Source of the DNA: an uncultured Acidobacteriota bacterium
GTDB taxonomy: Bacteria > Acidobacteriota > Thermoanaerobaculia > Multivoradales > JAGPDF01
Reading direction: 5' to 3'
Length of the DNA stretch: 64,000 bases
Assembly: GCA_963781755.1 (NCBI GenBank)
Contig: CAWAGZ010000013.1
Coordinates: forward strand, 65,749-129,748
Position 1 is the first letter of the stretch; each line of letters starts with the position of its first letter. This document shows, piece after piece, positions 28,738 through 39,191 of the stretch. Under the pieces are notes generated by a model. The model ran no database searches, was not told where the DNA came from, and was given only the letters and a program-made list of their open reading frames with translations. The translations under genes were made by a program, and so were the position numbers.

Positions 28738-29595
28738 TCAGAAGGGATCGAGCGGATCCGCCTTGTACCGCCCGGGACGCTCCTCGACGATGCGCCCGAC
28801 GGGGGTGTCGGCGTCGTGCTCGAAGATCGAGAGCCAGCCCCCGGCGGCGGCGCGCGGGATCCACTCCTTCTTGGTCGCGAGCGTGGTCACCGGGTAGAGG
28901 TCGTAGGCCATGATCCAGGGATAGGGGACGTGCACGGCGTGGGGGACGAGGTCGGCCCAGAAGACGGCACGGGTCGCGTCCCCGCCGCCGCCGTCCAGAG
29001 TCACGACGCACAGGTCCGCGTTGTGTCCGGGCGCCTTGACGGCGCGCACCCCGGGTACGACCTCGGCTTCGTCGTCGAACAGCTCGACGACGCCGGCCTC
29101 GAGCAGCGGCTCCCAGTTCTCCGGGAAGTAGCTCGCCCGGTCGCGCTCGTTCGGCGCGCGCGCGTGCGCCAGCTCGCCGCGCTCGATCCAGTAGCGGGCG
29201 CGGGAGAAGGTCGGCACCAGGCGCTCCCCCTCCCGGCGCGTGTTCCAGCCGCAGTGGTCGAAGTGGAGGTGGGTGAGCAGGACGTGGGTGACCTCCCCGG
29301 GATCGAACCCCGCCTCGGCGAGCGCCGCGGGCAGCCGGCGCGCGGAATCGTCCATGCCGTTCTGATCGCGGAAGCGTTCGTCGTGCTTGTCGCCGATACC
29401 GGTGTCGATCAGGACGAGGTCGCGCCCGGACTCGACCAGCAGGCTGTTCGTGCCCATCCGGATCCGGTTGCGCTCGTCCGGCGGCTTGACCCGGCTCCAG
29501 AGCACCTTCGGTACCGCGCCGAACATGCCCCCGCCGTCGAGGCGGAAATCGCCGTCGGAGAGCAGATGGAGCTTGAGACCGCCGAGCTCGAGCAC
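28738..29595 (-). CDS. MBL-fold metallo-hydrolase.
   Basis: HLHFDHCG (HxHxDH) and downstream His/Asp ligands. Confidence 0.8.
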   Translation of the reverse strand: MLELGGLKLHLLSDGDFRLDGGGMFGAVPKVLWSRVKPPDERNRIRMGTNSLLVESGRDLVLIDTGIGDKHDERFRDQNGMDDSARRLPAALAEAGFDPGEVTHVLLTHLHFDHCGWNTRREGERLVPTFSRARYWIERGELAHARAPNERDRASYFPENWEPLLEAGVVELFDDEAEVVPGVRAVKAPGHNADLCVVTLDGGGGDATRAVFWADLVPHAVHVPYPWIMAYDLYPVTTLATKKEWIPRAAAGGWLSIFEHDADTPVGRIVEERPGRYKADPLDPF

Positions 29596-29617
29596 GGTCC
29601 GGACTCTACCGCCTCCG

Positions 29618-30121
29618 TCACTGCTCTCCCGCCCTGCCGGCGCACACCGGACAGGGGGAGCAGCCGGCGTCGAACACGACCTCCCAGCGCCCGTCCGGCC
29701 GGCGCCGCCAGACCGAGTTGAAGGTGCCGCTCACGACCCGCTCCTTGCCGGTCTTGTCCTTCGAGCGCAGCGTCCAGGGGCCACGTGTCAGACCGAGGTT
29801 GCCGTCTCCGGAGAGCTCGACGAGCTCGGGGTGCCATTCGATCAGGGCGCGGTCCGGCCCGAAGAACCCGCCCCACGACTTCACGATCGCGTCGCGTCCC
29901 CGGGTCGCGGTCGAGCCCGAGACGAACACGGCGTCCTGGGCGACGTAGCCGGCGAACCTCCCGGCGTCGTCCGCCGCCACCGACGCCGCGAATCCCAGCT
30001 CCGCCTGCCGCAGCTCCTCGGTCCGGGCGGCGCGTCCGCCGTCCTCGCCCGCCGCCGCCATCCCGGCGGCCACCAGCGCCACCGCTCCGCCCACGATCCA
30101 GGTGACTCCCCATCTGCGCAT
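29618..30121 (-). CDS. Secreted SnoaL-like/DUF4440 (NTF2-fold) protein.
   Basis: Signal peptide; [29 protein letters not shown], typical of the NTF2-like DUF4440. Confidence 0.55.
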   Translation of the reverse strand: MRRWGVTWIVGGAVALVAAGMAAAGEDGGRAARTEELRQAELGFAASVAADDAGRFAGYVAQDAVFVSGSTATRGRDAIVKSWGGFFGPDRALIEWHPELVELSGDGNLGLTRGPWTLRSKDKTGKERVVSGTFNSVWRRRPDGRWEVVFDAGCSPCPVCAGRAGEQ

Positions 30122-30440
30122 CGCGACCTCCTTCGGTGTCCCAGGATCTACGTACCTCCGGAGAGATGGTTCCCCACTCCGGCTTCGCGGAGCTCCCTGT
30201 CGAGGCCCGGCGCGACAGAGGCTTTCGGTGACGGGTCGCGCGGGGCCTCGACCGTCGGAGCGGACGCCGAGGCCGAGCCGCTTCGTAGCGTCCCTTCAAC
30301 AGAAAGTCTTCGCGGGTCCGGCCAAAGCGGGGCGGGGGCCGGCAGGCGCTCCCGACGGCACCTCGCCCACCCCCGCGGGAAGTTGTCTCCGACGCTCGTC
30401 GCGGCGCGGCCGCGAGGCTCCGCGCGACGACCCCAGGTCG

Positions 30441-31505
<1,065 letters not shown>

Positions 31506-31598
31506 CGGGTTCCTCCGAGATGCATTCGAGGTGGCCGAATCGTACCGCGAACCGCGATTCTCGAAGTTCGCCGCGGCGCGTCGATCGCGCGCCGCTCC

Positions 31599-33695
31599 CT
31601 ACGAGCGGTTTCGCCGGGCGCGGGCGGAGCGCGCGGCGCGCGCGACCTCGGCCAGGTCCGCGCGCAGGCGGGCCAGCTCCGCCGCGCTCGGCGGCCGCCC
31701 CGCGTAGGCCTCCAAGACATAGCTCGCGACCAGACGGGAAGCCGGCGGGCCGGCCGGTGGCAACCGGCCCTCGACCCGGCGAGCGAGCGCCAGCGGAGCC
31801 AGCGAGTCGGCGACGGGGATGCCGGCGGCCGCCAGCGTCTCGCGCAGCCTCCGGTAGGCGAGCGTCGCACTCCACGCCGGCCGCCGCAGCAGCAGCACGG
31901 CGGTGCCGAAGCCGGCCAGGACCATCGCCGCGAGGACCCAGGGCCACGCCGGGCGAGGCGGTCGCGACGGCGCGGGTCCCGCTTCTCCCGGCCGGGGCGT
32001 CACCGGCGGCTTCGCCGCAGAGGGGCCCTCGCCCTGCGCCAGACGCCGGAGCAGGCGCGACCACCAGCCGCGGATCCCTCCCAGGACGCCGACCTGGTCC
32101 TCGAAGTCGTAGGAGATCACCCACCGGTCCCAACGGAAGACGAGCGCGTCCCAGGCTTGGCGCGCGGAGCTCAGCAGCCCACCCGGTGCCGGGCTCGGCA
32201 GCCCGTCGTCCGGCGTCGGATCGAACACGGTCCAGCCGCGCTCGGGCAGCCAGGCCTCGACCCAGGCGTGGGCGTTGGACTGGCGCACGACGTAGCCGCC
32301 CTCCCACGGGCTGTACTCGGCACCGTAAAAGCCCGTCACGAGTCGGGCCGGGATCTCCTGGGAGCGCAACAGCAGCACCATCGCGGAGGCGAAGTACTCG
32401 CAGTGTCCGCGCCGGTCGCGGAAGAGGAAGTCCTGGATCGGCGAGGCCCCGCCGCGACCGAGGAACTCCGTGGAGTAGGAGTAGTCGGTCCGGAGGTGCT
32501 GCCAGATGCGCTGCGCGCGCTGGTCCGGGCTCCCCTCCCCCGCCCAGCCCGCGGCGAGCGCCCTCATCTCGGGCGTGATTCCCGCGCTCGAGAGCGTGCC
32601 CTCGTCCGGAAGGCCGCCGGGAGGGACGGCGGCCGAGACCGGCGCGCGACCGAGCAGCGCCGTGTATTGGAAGACCTGCCCCGGGAGTCCCCCCAGCGCC
32701 ACGGCTCCGCCGCGGGAGATCTCGAGCCGGGGCACCGGAGCCTCGACGGCGACGCTCTCGACCGGCAGCACCAGGGACGGCGAGCGCAGCGGCTCGAGCT
32801 CGATGTGCGCTCGTCCGACGACCGGCCCCGCGGCGATCCGGAAGGTCTCCTCGGGCCCTTGCCGGAGCAGCCTCCGCGCACCGGGGGCCGGCTTCCAGGT
32901 CCGGCCGCCCCACTCCTCGTAGGCTCCGGCCTTGAATCTCATCGTCGCGGGATCGGGTGGCACCCGCCCTTCGAGCTGCAGCCGCAGCGCGATCTCCCGG
33001 TTCTCGCGCAGCCGGCCGATGAGATCCAGGTTGATGTCGTCCGAGAAGCCGATCTGGTGGCTCCCGCCGCTGCCGGAGAGGGCCCCGGTGCCGACCACGA
33101 AGGGCGACCTCACGCGCGGCAGCAGGGCGAAGAGCGGAATCGAGAGCAGCGCCGTGGCCGCCACGATGCCGGCGATCGCGCGGCCCAGGCCGAGCGACGT
33201 CACGCCGCCGCGCAGGCCGCCGAAAGCCGCCGCGACGTGGAAGTGGACGAACCGTGCGAGCAGGACCACCGTCAGGGCCAGGAAGCCGAGCAGGTAGGCG
33301 ACGACCGACGGATGGGTGGACGTGGCCATCGCGGCCAGGAAGAGGAAGAAGATCCCGATCCACGTCTGCCACTTGTCCTTCTCGCGGCGCAACGACCACA
33401 GCTTGGCGGCGACGCCGAACAGGGTCAGGTGCAGGATCGGCCGCACCGGTTGGATCCGCCCCAGCGCCAGGATGTCGAAGACCAGGAACGGCAGGTAGGC
33501 GAGTCCGAGCACGTTGAGCGCGCGGTTCGACAACCAGCGCTCCGAGCCGGAGGCGGCGCGCCGGAGGAAGAGCACCACGGCCACCACGAAGGCGACGAGC
33601 GCCGGCCACTCGAGGGCGTCGTTGAGCGGCAGGGGCACGGCCACCCCGAGCGCCACCAAGCCGAGCAGCAGCCGCTTCTCGCGCCCGAAGGTCAC
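31599..33695 (-). CDS. Transglutaminase-like membrane protein (TgpA family, DUF3488 + TGase core).
   Basis: N-terminal TM helices; TGase core RRGHCEYFASAMVLLLRSQEIPARLVTGF...AHAWVEAW...FDPT. GTG start overlaps the DUF58 stop (GTGA); the track ORF extends spuriously to 34712. Confidence 0.8.
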   Translation of the reverse strand: MTFGREKRLLLGLVALGVAVPLPLNDALEWPALVAFVVAVVLFLRRAASGSERWLSNRALNVLGLAYLPFLVFDILALGRIQPVRPILHLTLFGVAAKLWSLRREKDKWQTWIGIFFLFLAAMATSTHPSVVAYLLGFLALTVVLLARFVHFHVAAAFGGLRGGVTSLGLGRAIAGIVAATALLSIPLFALLPRVRSPFVVGTGALSGSGGSHQIGFSDDINLDLIGRLRENREIALRLQLEGRVPPDPATMRFKAGAYEEWGGRTWKPAPGARRLLRQGPEETFRIAAGPVVGRAHIELEPLRSPSLVLPVESVAVEAPVPRLEISRGGAVALGGLPGQVFQYTALLGRAPVSAAVPPGGLPDEGTLSSAGITPEMRALAAGWAGEGSPDQRAQRIWQHLRTDYSYSTEFLGRGGASPIQDFLFRDRRGHCEYFASAMVLLLRSQEIPARLVTGFYGAEYSPWEGGYVVRQSNAHAWVEAWLPERGWTVFDPTPDDGLPSPAPGGLLSSARQAWDALVFRWDRWVISYDFEDQVGVLGGIRGWWSRLLRRLAQGEGPSAAKPPVTPRPGEAGPAPSRPPRPAWPWVLAAMVLAGFGTAVLLLRRPAWSATLAYRRLRETLAAAGIPVADSLAPLALARRVEGRLPPAGPPASRLVASYVLEAYAGRPPSAAELARLRADLAEVARAARSARARRNRS

Positions 33696-34783
33696 GCCGC
33701 GGCTCCCGCGCTCCGGCCCAGGGAGAGGCGCAGCTGGAGCGCTCCGCTGTCGCCGGGCACCAGTGTCCGGGGCGAGGGAGCGGTGGGCTGGATCCGCGCC
33801 AGCTCCTCGAGCACCTCCCGTCGGTGGCGCGGGCCGCTGCCGAACGCCACGCGCCGGCCGTGGGTCACCAACTCCACCTCGAAGCCGCGGTCCAGGTGGT
33901 CCACCGCCGCGGTCGCGGCCTCGGACACCAGACGCTCGAAGCGCTCGCTCTCCGCCGGCGCCGCGAACGGAGCGCAGCCTTCGTCGAAGAGGATCGAGAG
34001 TCGCAGCGTCTCCTCCGCCTCCCGTTCCCGGTAGACGAGAGAGCGCGTCTGGGCGCTCTTCTTCCAGTGGATCCCGCGCGGGTCGTCGCCGTGACGGAAG
34101 GAGCGCAGGGCGTGCAGGTCGTGGCCCCACCCGGGCCGCGACGCCGCCAGGTCGCCCGCCAGTCCGGAGGCCGCGACCTGGATCTCCCCGGGCGGGAAGA
34201 GCTCCGGGTAGACCAGCACCTCCGCGTCGACCGGGTAGCGCATGCCCTTGCGGAAGAGGCCGAGGGGGAACAGCGACGCGACATGGACCGCCGGGACTCG
34301 CTGCGGCCCGCGGCGCGGGAAGATCACGTCGAGCGATCCGCTCGCCAGCTCGCCGGCTCCCAGGCGCGGGATCAGGTGCCAGGGCCCGTCCGGCCGCGCC
34401 GAGACCAGAACCAGCCAGCGCGGGATCCAGCGCCCGCGGTGGCGGAGCGTGAACGCGAGCGCCGCGGGCTGCCGGGCGTAGAGATCCGCCGGGCGCTCCA
34501 GCACCGGTTCGAGGTCGCGCAAGTTGCGTCGCGAGACGACGCCCGAGACCACCATCAGCGAGAGCATCGCCGAGAGCACGAGGTAGAGGGCGTTGTTGCC
34601 GGTGTTCGTCGCAGCGACCGCGACGACGACGGTGAGCAGGACGAACCAGAGCCCGACCTTCGTGATGCGGATGCCTTCCGGCACCGGCCGCGAGCGCCAG
34701 CGCCGAAGCCATCCGGCGACCCTGGCGCCGCGACCGGAGTCGGGCTGCCGGCCGCCTGGTGCCGGTCGGGCCGCGCGGCTCAC
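33692..34783 (-). CDS. DUF58 (vWA-like) protein of the MoxR triad.
   Basis: DLHALRSFRHGDDPRGIHWKKSAQTRSLVYREREAE, the DUF58 signature. Confidence 0.8.
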   Translation of the reverse strand: MSRAARPAPGGRQPDSGRGARVAGWLRRWRSRPVPEGIRITKVGLWFVLLTVVVAVAATNTGNNALYLVLSAMLSLMVVSGVVSRRNLRDLEPVLERPADLYARQPAALAFTLRHRGRWIPRWLVLVSARPDGPWHLIPRLGAGELASGSLDVIFPRRGPQRVPAVHVASLFPLGLFRKGMRYPVDAEVLVYPELFPPGEIQVAASGLAGDLAASRPGWGHDLHALRSFRHGDDPRGIHWKKSAQTRSLVYREREAEETLRLSILFDEGCAPFAAPAESERFERLVSEAATAAVDHLDRGFEVELVTHGRRVAFGSGPRHRREVLEELARIQPTAPSPRTLVPGDSGALQLRLSLGRSAGAAA

Positions 34784-34814
34784 CGAGAGCCTCTCCGTCG
34801 CCCCCGGAGCCGCC

Positions 34815-35780
34815 TCAGATCGGCACGGGGACGGTGCCGACCAGCTGCGCCACCGCCCGCCGGGCGGAGTCGAGGCCGGAAGCCCCGCGCCGCAACACGA
34901 CCCGGTGGGCCAGGACCGGCACCGCCAGCCTCTGGACGTCGTCCGGGACGACGAAGTCGCGACCCTCGATCAGCGCCAGGGCCTGCGCCGCGCGCTGGAG
35001 GCCGAGCGCCGCGCGGGTCGAGACTCCGAGCTGGAACTCCTCGGCCTTGCGGGTGCGATCGGCGACCGCCAGGACGTAGTCCGCCACCTTTTCGACCACC
35101 CGCACCTCGCCGACCCGGCGTTGCAGCTCGCGCACCTCGTCGCCGTCGAGGACCACCTGCAGCCGGTCGAGCTCGTCCTCGACGCCGCCCGCGAGCAGCA
35201 GTCCGCGCTCCTGTTCGTGGCTCGGGTACCCCAGCCGGAGGTGCATCTCGAAGCGATCGAGCTGCGACTCGGGGAGCGGAAAGGTCCCGAGGTACTCGTG
35301 GGGGTTCTGCGTCGCGAGCACGAGAAACGGATCGGGCAGGTCGAGGCGCTGCCTCTCCACCGTGACCTTGCGCTCGCTCATCGCCTCGAGCAGCGCCGAC
35401 TGGGTCTTGGGAGTGGCCCGGTTGATCTCGTCGGCGAGGACGACGTTGGCGAAGATCGGACCGGGGACGAACTCGAACGACTCGCGGCGCTGGTTCCAGA
35501 CCGAGACCCCCAGGATGTCCGAGGGCAGCAGGTCACTGGTGAACTGGATGCGCTGGAAGGCGAGTCCGAGAGACCGGGCGAGGGCCTGGGCGAGGGTCGT
35601 CTTGCCCACCCCCGGTACGTCCTCGATCAGCACGTGCCCGCGCGCCAGCAGCGCGACCACGGCCAGCCGCACCGCCTCGGCGCTGCCGCGGAAGGCGCGC
35701 GTGACGTTGGCCTCGAGACGGGCGAGCGCCGGTTCGGGCGAGCCGGCGACCGCATCGGCGACGCGGAGGATCTCGCTCAT
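34815..35780 (-). CDS. MoxR-family AAA+ ATPase.
   Basis: Walker A VLIEDVPGVGKTTLAQALA, Walker B VVLADEINRATPKTQSALLEAM, sensor motifs. Confidence 0.9.
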   Translation of the reverse strand: MSEILRVADAVAGSPEPALARLEANVTRAFRGSAEAVRLAVVALLARGHVLIEDVPGVGKTTLAQALARSLGLAFQRIQFTSDLLPSDILGVSVWNQRRESFEFVPGPIFANVVLADEINRATPKTQSALLEAMSERKVTVERQRLDLPDPFLVLATQNPHEYLGTFPLPESQLDRFEMHLRLGYPSHEQERGLLLAGGVEDELDRLQVVLDGDEVRELQRRVGEVRVVEKVADYVLAVADRTRKAEEFQLGVSTRAALGLQRAAQALALIEGRDFVVPDDVQRLAVPVLAHRVVLRRGASGLDSARRAVAQLVGTVPVPI

Positions 35781-35826
35781 CGTTCCGAGTCTGCGCGGCG
35801 CGGCTGCGTGGGGCGGCCCCGTCGGC

Positions 35827-36288
35827 TCAGGAGACGCCGGAGAACTCGCGATAGTCGCCCCGGTCGCCTGCCGGCACCGGGGAGCGAACCTCCGCGAAGA
35901 AGCCGTCGCCGGGTTGGTAGGGCAGGTCGTCGAGCTCGATCGAGGTCTGGGCGCCCCCCGGTCCGACCCGGGAGGTGTCGATCCAGATCCTGCGGCGGGC
36001 CTTCTCCGTACCGGAGGAGTCCGCCATCGAGACGTCGAGCGTGATCCCCGGCAGCGGATCCCCCGTGTCGTCGTGCTCGATCAGCAGATCGAGCACGATC
36101 TTCGGTTGGGCGCCGGCCTCCGCCTCGTCCTTGACCACGAAGCTCTGGACGGTCGCGGAGTAGCGCGCGCGGCGCGCCTCCAGCTGCGCGATCGGGTCGC
36201 CGGCACAGGCCGCGCCGAGCGCGGCGAGCGCGAGCACTCCCAGGAGCGGCACGAGCGCAGCGCGGACGGCGGGCCGGAGGGGATCCAT
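35827..36288 (-). CDS. Lipoprotein of unknown function.
   Basis: Signal peptide + lipobox (LAALGAAC). Confidence 0.5.
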   Translation of the reverse strand: MDPLRPAVRAALVPLLGVLALAALGAACAGDPIAQLEARRARYSATVQSFVVKDEAEAGAQPKIVLDLLIEHDDTGDPLPGITLDVSMADSSGTEKARRRIWIDTSRVGPGGAQTSIELDDLPYQPGDGFFAEVRSPVPAGDRGDYREFSGVS

Positions 36289-37004
36289 CAGTGACCGAGA
36301 TTGTAGCGGAGGATGGCCCAGAGCGCTCCCAGGCCGTCGCGCCAGCCGATCTTCTTGCCCTGCGCGTAGGTGCGGCCGTGGTAGGAGATCGGCACCTCGT
36401 AGATGCGCGCCCTGAGGCGTGCCAGCTTGGCTGTCAGCTCCGGCTCGATGCCGAAGCGGTCCGAGCGCAACGTCATCCCTTCGAGCAGCGAGCGGCGAAA
36501 CACCTTGTAGCAGGTCTCCATGTCGGTGAGGTTGAGATTGGAGAAGGCGTTGGACAGCGTGGTGAGGAACCGGTTGCCGAGGTAGTGCCAGTAGAACAGG
36601 ACGCGGTGCGGCCCGCCCAGGAACCGGGACCCGAACACGACGTCGGCCTGGTCCGCGAGGATCGGCGCGAGCAGGGCCGGGTAGTCGCGCGGGTCGTACT
36701 CGAGATCGGCGTCCTGGATCAGGACGACCTCCCCGGTGGCCTCGGCGAAGCCGCGGCGCAGCGCCGCTCCCTTGCCGCAGTTGCGTGGCTGCTCGAACAC
36801 CCGCAGCGGCAGGCCGCCCGTCGCCACCAGCTCGCGCAGGACCTCGCGCGTGCCGTCGCTCGAGCCGTCGTCCACCACCAGGAGCTCGCGTTCGAGGCCC
36901 TCGGGCAGCTCCGCCCGGGCGACCCGCTCCACCAGCTCGCGGATCGTCGGCCGCTCGTTGAAGGCGGGAATCACGATCGAGATCCGGCGCACCATGGGAA
37001 CCAC
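36288..37004 (-). CDS. Family 2 glycosyltransferase (Dpm1/GtrB-like).
   Basis: SIVIPAFNE...[10 protein letters not shown]...DADLEYDP. Confidence 0.85.
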   Translation of the reverse strand: MVPMVRRISIVIPAFNERPTIRELVERVARAELPEGLERELLVVDDGSSDGTREVLRELVATGGLPLRVFEQPRNCGKGAALRRGFAEATGEVVLIQDADLEYDPRDYPALLAPILADQADVVFGSRFLGGPHRVLFYWHYLGNRFLTTLSNAFSNLNLTDMETCYKVFRRSLLEGMTLRSDRFGIEPELTAKLARLRARIYEVPISYHGRTYAQGKKIGWRDGLGALWAILRYNLGH

Positions 37005-37060
37005 TACTCTACCGGTCCCGCGCCCCGGCTGCGGGACTGCCCCCCACTCCCCGTCTCGCG

Positions 37061-37089
37061 TAGGACGCCGCCACCCCTCGCGCTATACT
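37061..37089 (+). promoter_or_regulatory. Candidate sigma70 promoter for metzincin gene 1 (TAGGAC-17-TATACT).
   Basis: About 40 nt upstream of the ATG. The paralogous gene has a similar TATACT at 39142..39147 preceded by CTGACA. Confidence 0.35.
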
Positions 37090-37129
37090 CCTCGAACCGC
37101 ACGCTCAGAACCCTCCGAGAGGTCCTCCC

Positions 37130-39103
37130 ATGATCCAGCGTCGCTCGTTCCGGTCCCTTCTCGGTCTCGCCGCCGGCCTGCTCCTGTGGACCCTCCCGGC
37201 CCGGGCCACCACGGTGGTCCCGATCTCCGATCCGATCCTGGTCAACCGGGCCCCGGTCATCCTCGTCGGGCGCGTGCTCGGGACCCTTCCCAACACCACG
37301 AACAAGCCTCGGACCCAGTGGGTCGTCTCGGTGCTCGACGTGCTCAAGGGCGAGGTCGACGGCAGCCCGATCGTGCTCCGCGAGCTGGGCGGCGACACCG
37401 CCAACGGCAGGCACCTGACCATCTACGGTCAGCCGGACTTCAAGAGCTACGAGAAGGTGCTGCTCTTCCTCAGGCACCGCTCCGACGGCACCTGGGCGAT
37501 CGAGCAGTATCTCCAGGGGGCCTTCCACGTGGTGTGGCTGGGACGCGGCCACACCGCGGCGGTGCGCGACTACTCCGAGGTCCGAGTCGTCGGCCGCGGC
37601 CGGCGCCATCCGCCCAAGGTGCGCGACTTCGACGAGTTCACCGAGTGGATCCGCGACCACGTCGCCGGGGTGCAGAGGTCGCGCAACTACACGTTCCGCC
37701 CGAACCAACACGAGCGCCAGATGATCGAGGGGCGCTTCACCCTGCTGCAGAGCGGCGGTCACGACACCCGCTGGTTCGAATTCGACACCGGCGGCTCGGT
37801 GACCTGGAAGGCGCATACCGGCGGGCAGCCGGGGCTCCAGGGCGGTGGCTACGCGGAGTTCCAGCGTGCGCTGGCGGCCTGGAACAACGAGCCGACGACT
37901 CCGATCAAGCTGCTCTACGGCGGCACCACCACCGCCTCGGCCGGATTCCAGCACTTCGACAACCAGAACGTCCTGCTGTTCGACGACCCCAACAACGACA
38001 TCGACGGCGCCTTCGCCTGCGGCACGGGAGGCACCCTCGCGATCGGCGGCCCGTGGTCCGATTCGTCCAACACGGGCCGCTTCGACGGCAAGACCTACGT
38101 CCGCATCCAGGGCGCCGACATCGTCACCAACGACGGGATCCAGTGCGCGTTCAACCGCTCCCCGTCGCCGAGCAAGTTCGGCGAGGAGCTGTTCGCCCAC
38201 GAGCTGGGCCACACGCTCGGGCTCGGACACTCCAGCGAAGACCCCAACGAGACCAACGCGACCCTGCGCGACGCGCTGATGTACTACAAGATCCACGACG
38301 ACGGCCGCGGAGCGCGGTTCAACAGCGACGACCTCGCCGGCATCCGGTCGCTCTACAAGAGGGGCGGAGGAGGCGGCGGAGGCGGCGGCAACGGGAACGG
38401 CAACTGTCCGCCGGGCACCCTCTGCCTGCTCCACGGCCGCTTCGAGGTCACCGCCACCTGGCAGAACCAGTACGACGGCAGCTCCGGGACCGCCGGGGCC
38501 ACGCCGGCTTCCGACGTTTCGGGCTACCTGTACTTCTCCAACCCGGGCAACACCGAGCTGATCGTCAAGGTCCTGGACTTCGGCGACGTGGTCAAGGTCT
38601 TCTGGGGCCAGTTGACCGACTTCCACTACACCATCACGGTTCTCGACACCCAGACCCACACCACCAAGACCTACACGAACACGCCCGGGGATTGCGGCGG
38701 CTTCGACAACTCGGGCTTCCCCGCCGCCGGCAACCCGGCCGCACCGCCGCCGTACAACGGCGCCACCCAGGGGAGCTGCCACGCCAACGCCCAGACACTG
38801 TGCTTGCTCAACGACCGCTTCGCGGTCCGGATGGACTGGCACAACCAGTTCAACAACACGAGCGGCACGGGCATCGCACAGGCGCTCTCCAATCTGACGG
38901 GCGCCTTCGCCTTCACCAATCCGGCGAACCTCGAGATCCTGATCAAGACGCTGGATTTCGGCGACCACGTCCTGGTCATCTACGGCGCGCTCTCGAACCT
39001 CGAGTACACGCTCACCGTCACCGACACGATCGGGGGACAGGTCAAGACGTACCACAACCCCGCCGGCCAGTACTGCGGGGGCCTCGACAACAACGCCTTC
39101 TGA
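37130..39103 (+). CDS. Secreted metzincin-like zinc metalloprotease (matrixin-type HExxHxxGxxH + Met-turn) with two C-terminal repeated Cys-containing domains; paralog 1.
   Basis: Signal peptide, ~150-aa N-terminal pro-like region, catalytic HELGHTLGLGHS...ALMYY, a Gly9-NGNGN linker, then two ~105-aa homologous domains (CLLxxRF.V...W.NQ...F.NP.N.E...K.LDFGD...Y....V.DT...KTY.N..G.CGG.DN..F). Confidence 0.8.
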   Translation: MIQRRSFRSLLGLAAGLLLWTLPARATTVVPISDPILVNRAPVILVGRVLGTLPNTTNKPRTQWVVSVLDVLKGEVDGSPIVLRELGGDTANGRHLTIYGQPDFKSYEKVLLFLRHRSDGTWAIEQYLQGAFHVVWLGRGHTAAVRDYSEVRVVGRGRRHPPKVRDFDEFTEWIRDHVAGVQRSRNYTFRPNQHERQMIEGRFTLLQSGGHDTRWFEFDTGGSVTWKAHTGGQPGLQGGGYAEFQRALAAWNNEPTTPIKLLYGGTTTASAGFQHFDNQNVLLFDDPNNDIDGAFACGTGGTLAIGGPWSDSSNTGRFDGKTYVRIQGADIVTNDGIQCAFNRSPSPSKFGEELFAHELGHTLGLGHSSEDPNETNATLRDALMYYKIHDDGRGARFNSDDLAGIRSLYKRGGGGGGGGGNGNGNCPPGTLCLLHGRFEVTATWQNQYDGSSGTAGATPASDVSGYLYFSNPGNTELIVKVLDFGDVVKVFWGQLTDFHYTITVLDTQTHTTKTYTNTPGDCGGFDNSGFPAAGNPAAPPPYNGATQGSCHANAQTLCLLNDRFAVRMDWHNQFNNTSGTGIAQALSNLTGAFAFTNPANLEILIKTLDFGDHVLVIYGALSNLEYTLTVTDTIGGQVKTYHNPAGQYCGGLDNNAF

Positions 39104-39191
39104 GGGCGTTCTGAGGCGCGCTGACAGATTCTGACAGCACCTATACTCGCGGGACAGCCCTCCGACGAACTCCCCGATAGGTCGCTCTCCC

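Noticed and set aside
38350-38400. The poly-Gly stretch (GGGGGGGGGNGNGN) was considered as a possible low-complexity assembly artefact or simple repeat.
   Set aside because: It is in frame, flanked by conserved domains, and has a counterpart (HGGGGGGGSGH) in the paralog. It is interpreted as a genuine flexible linker.
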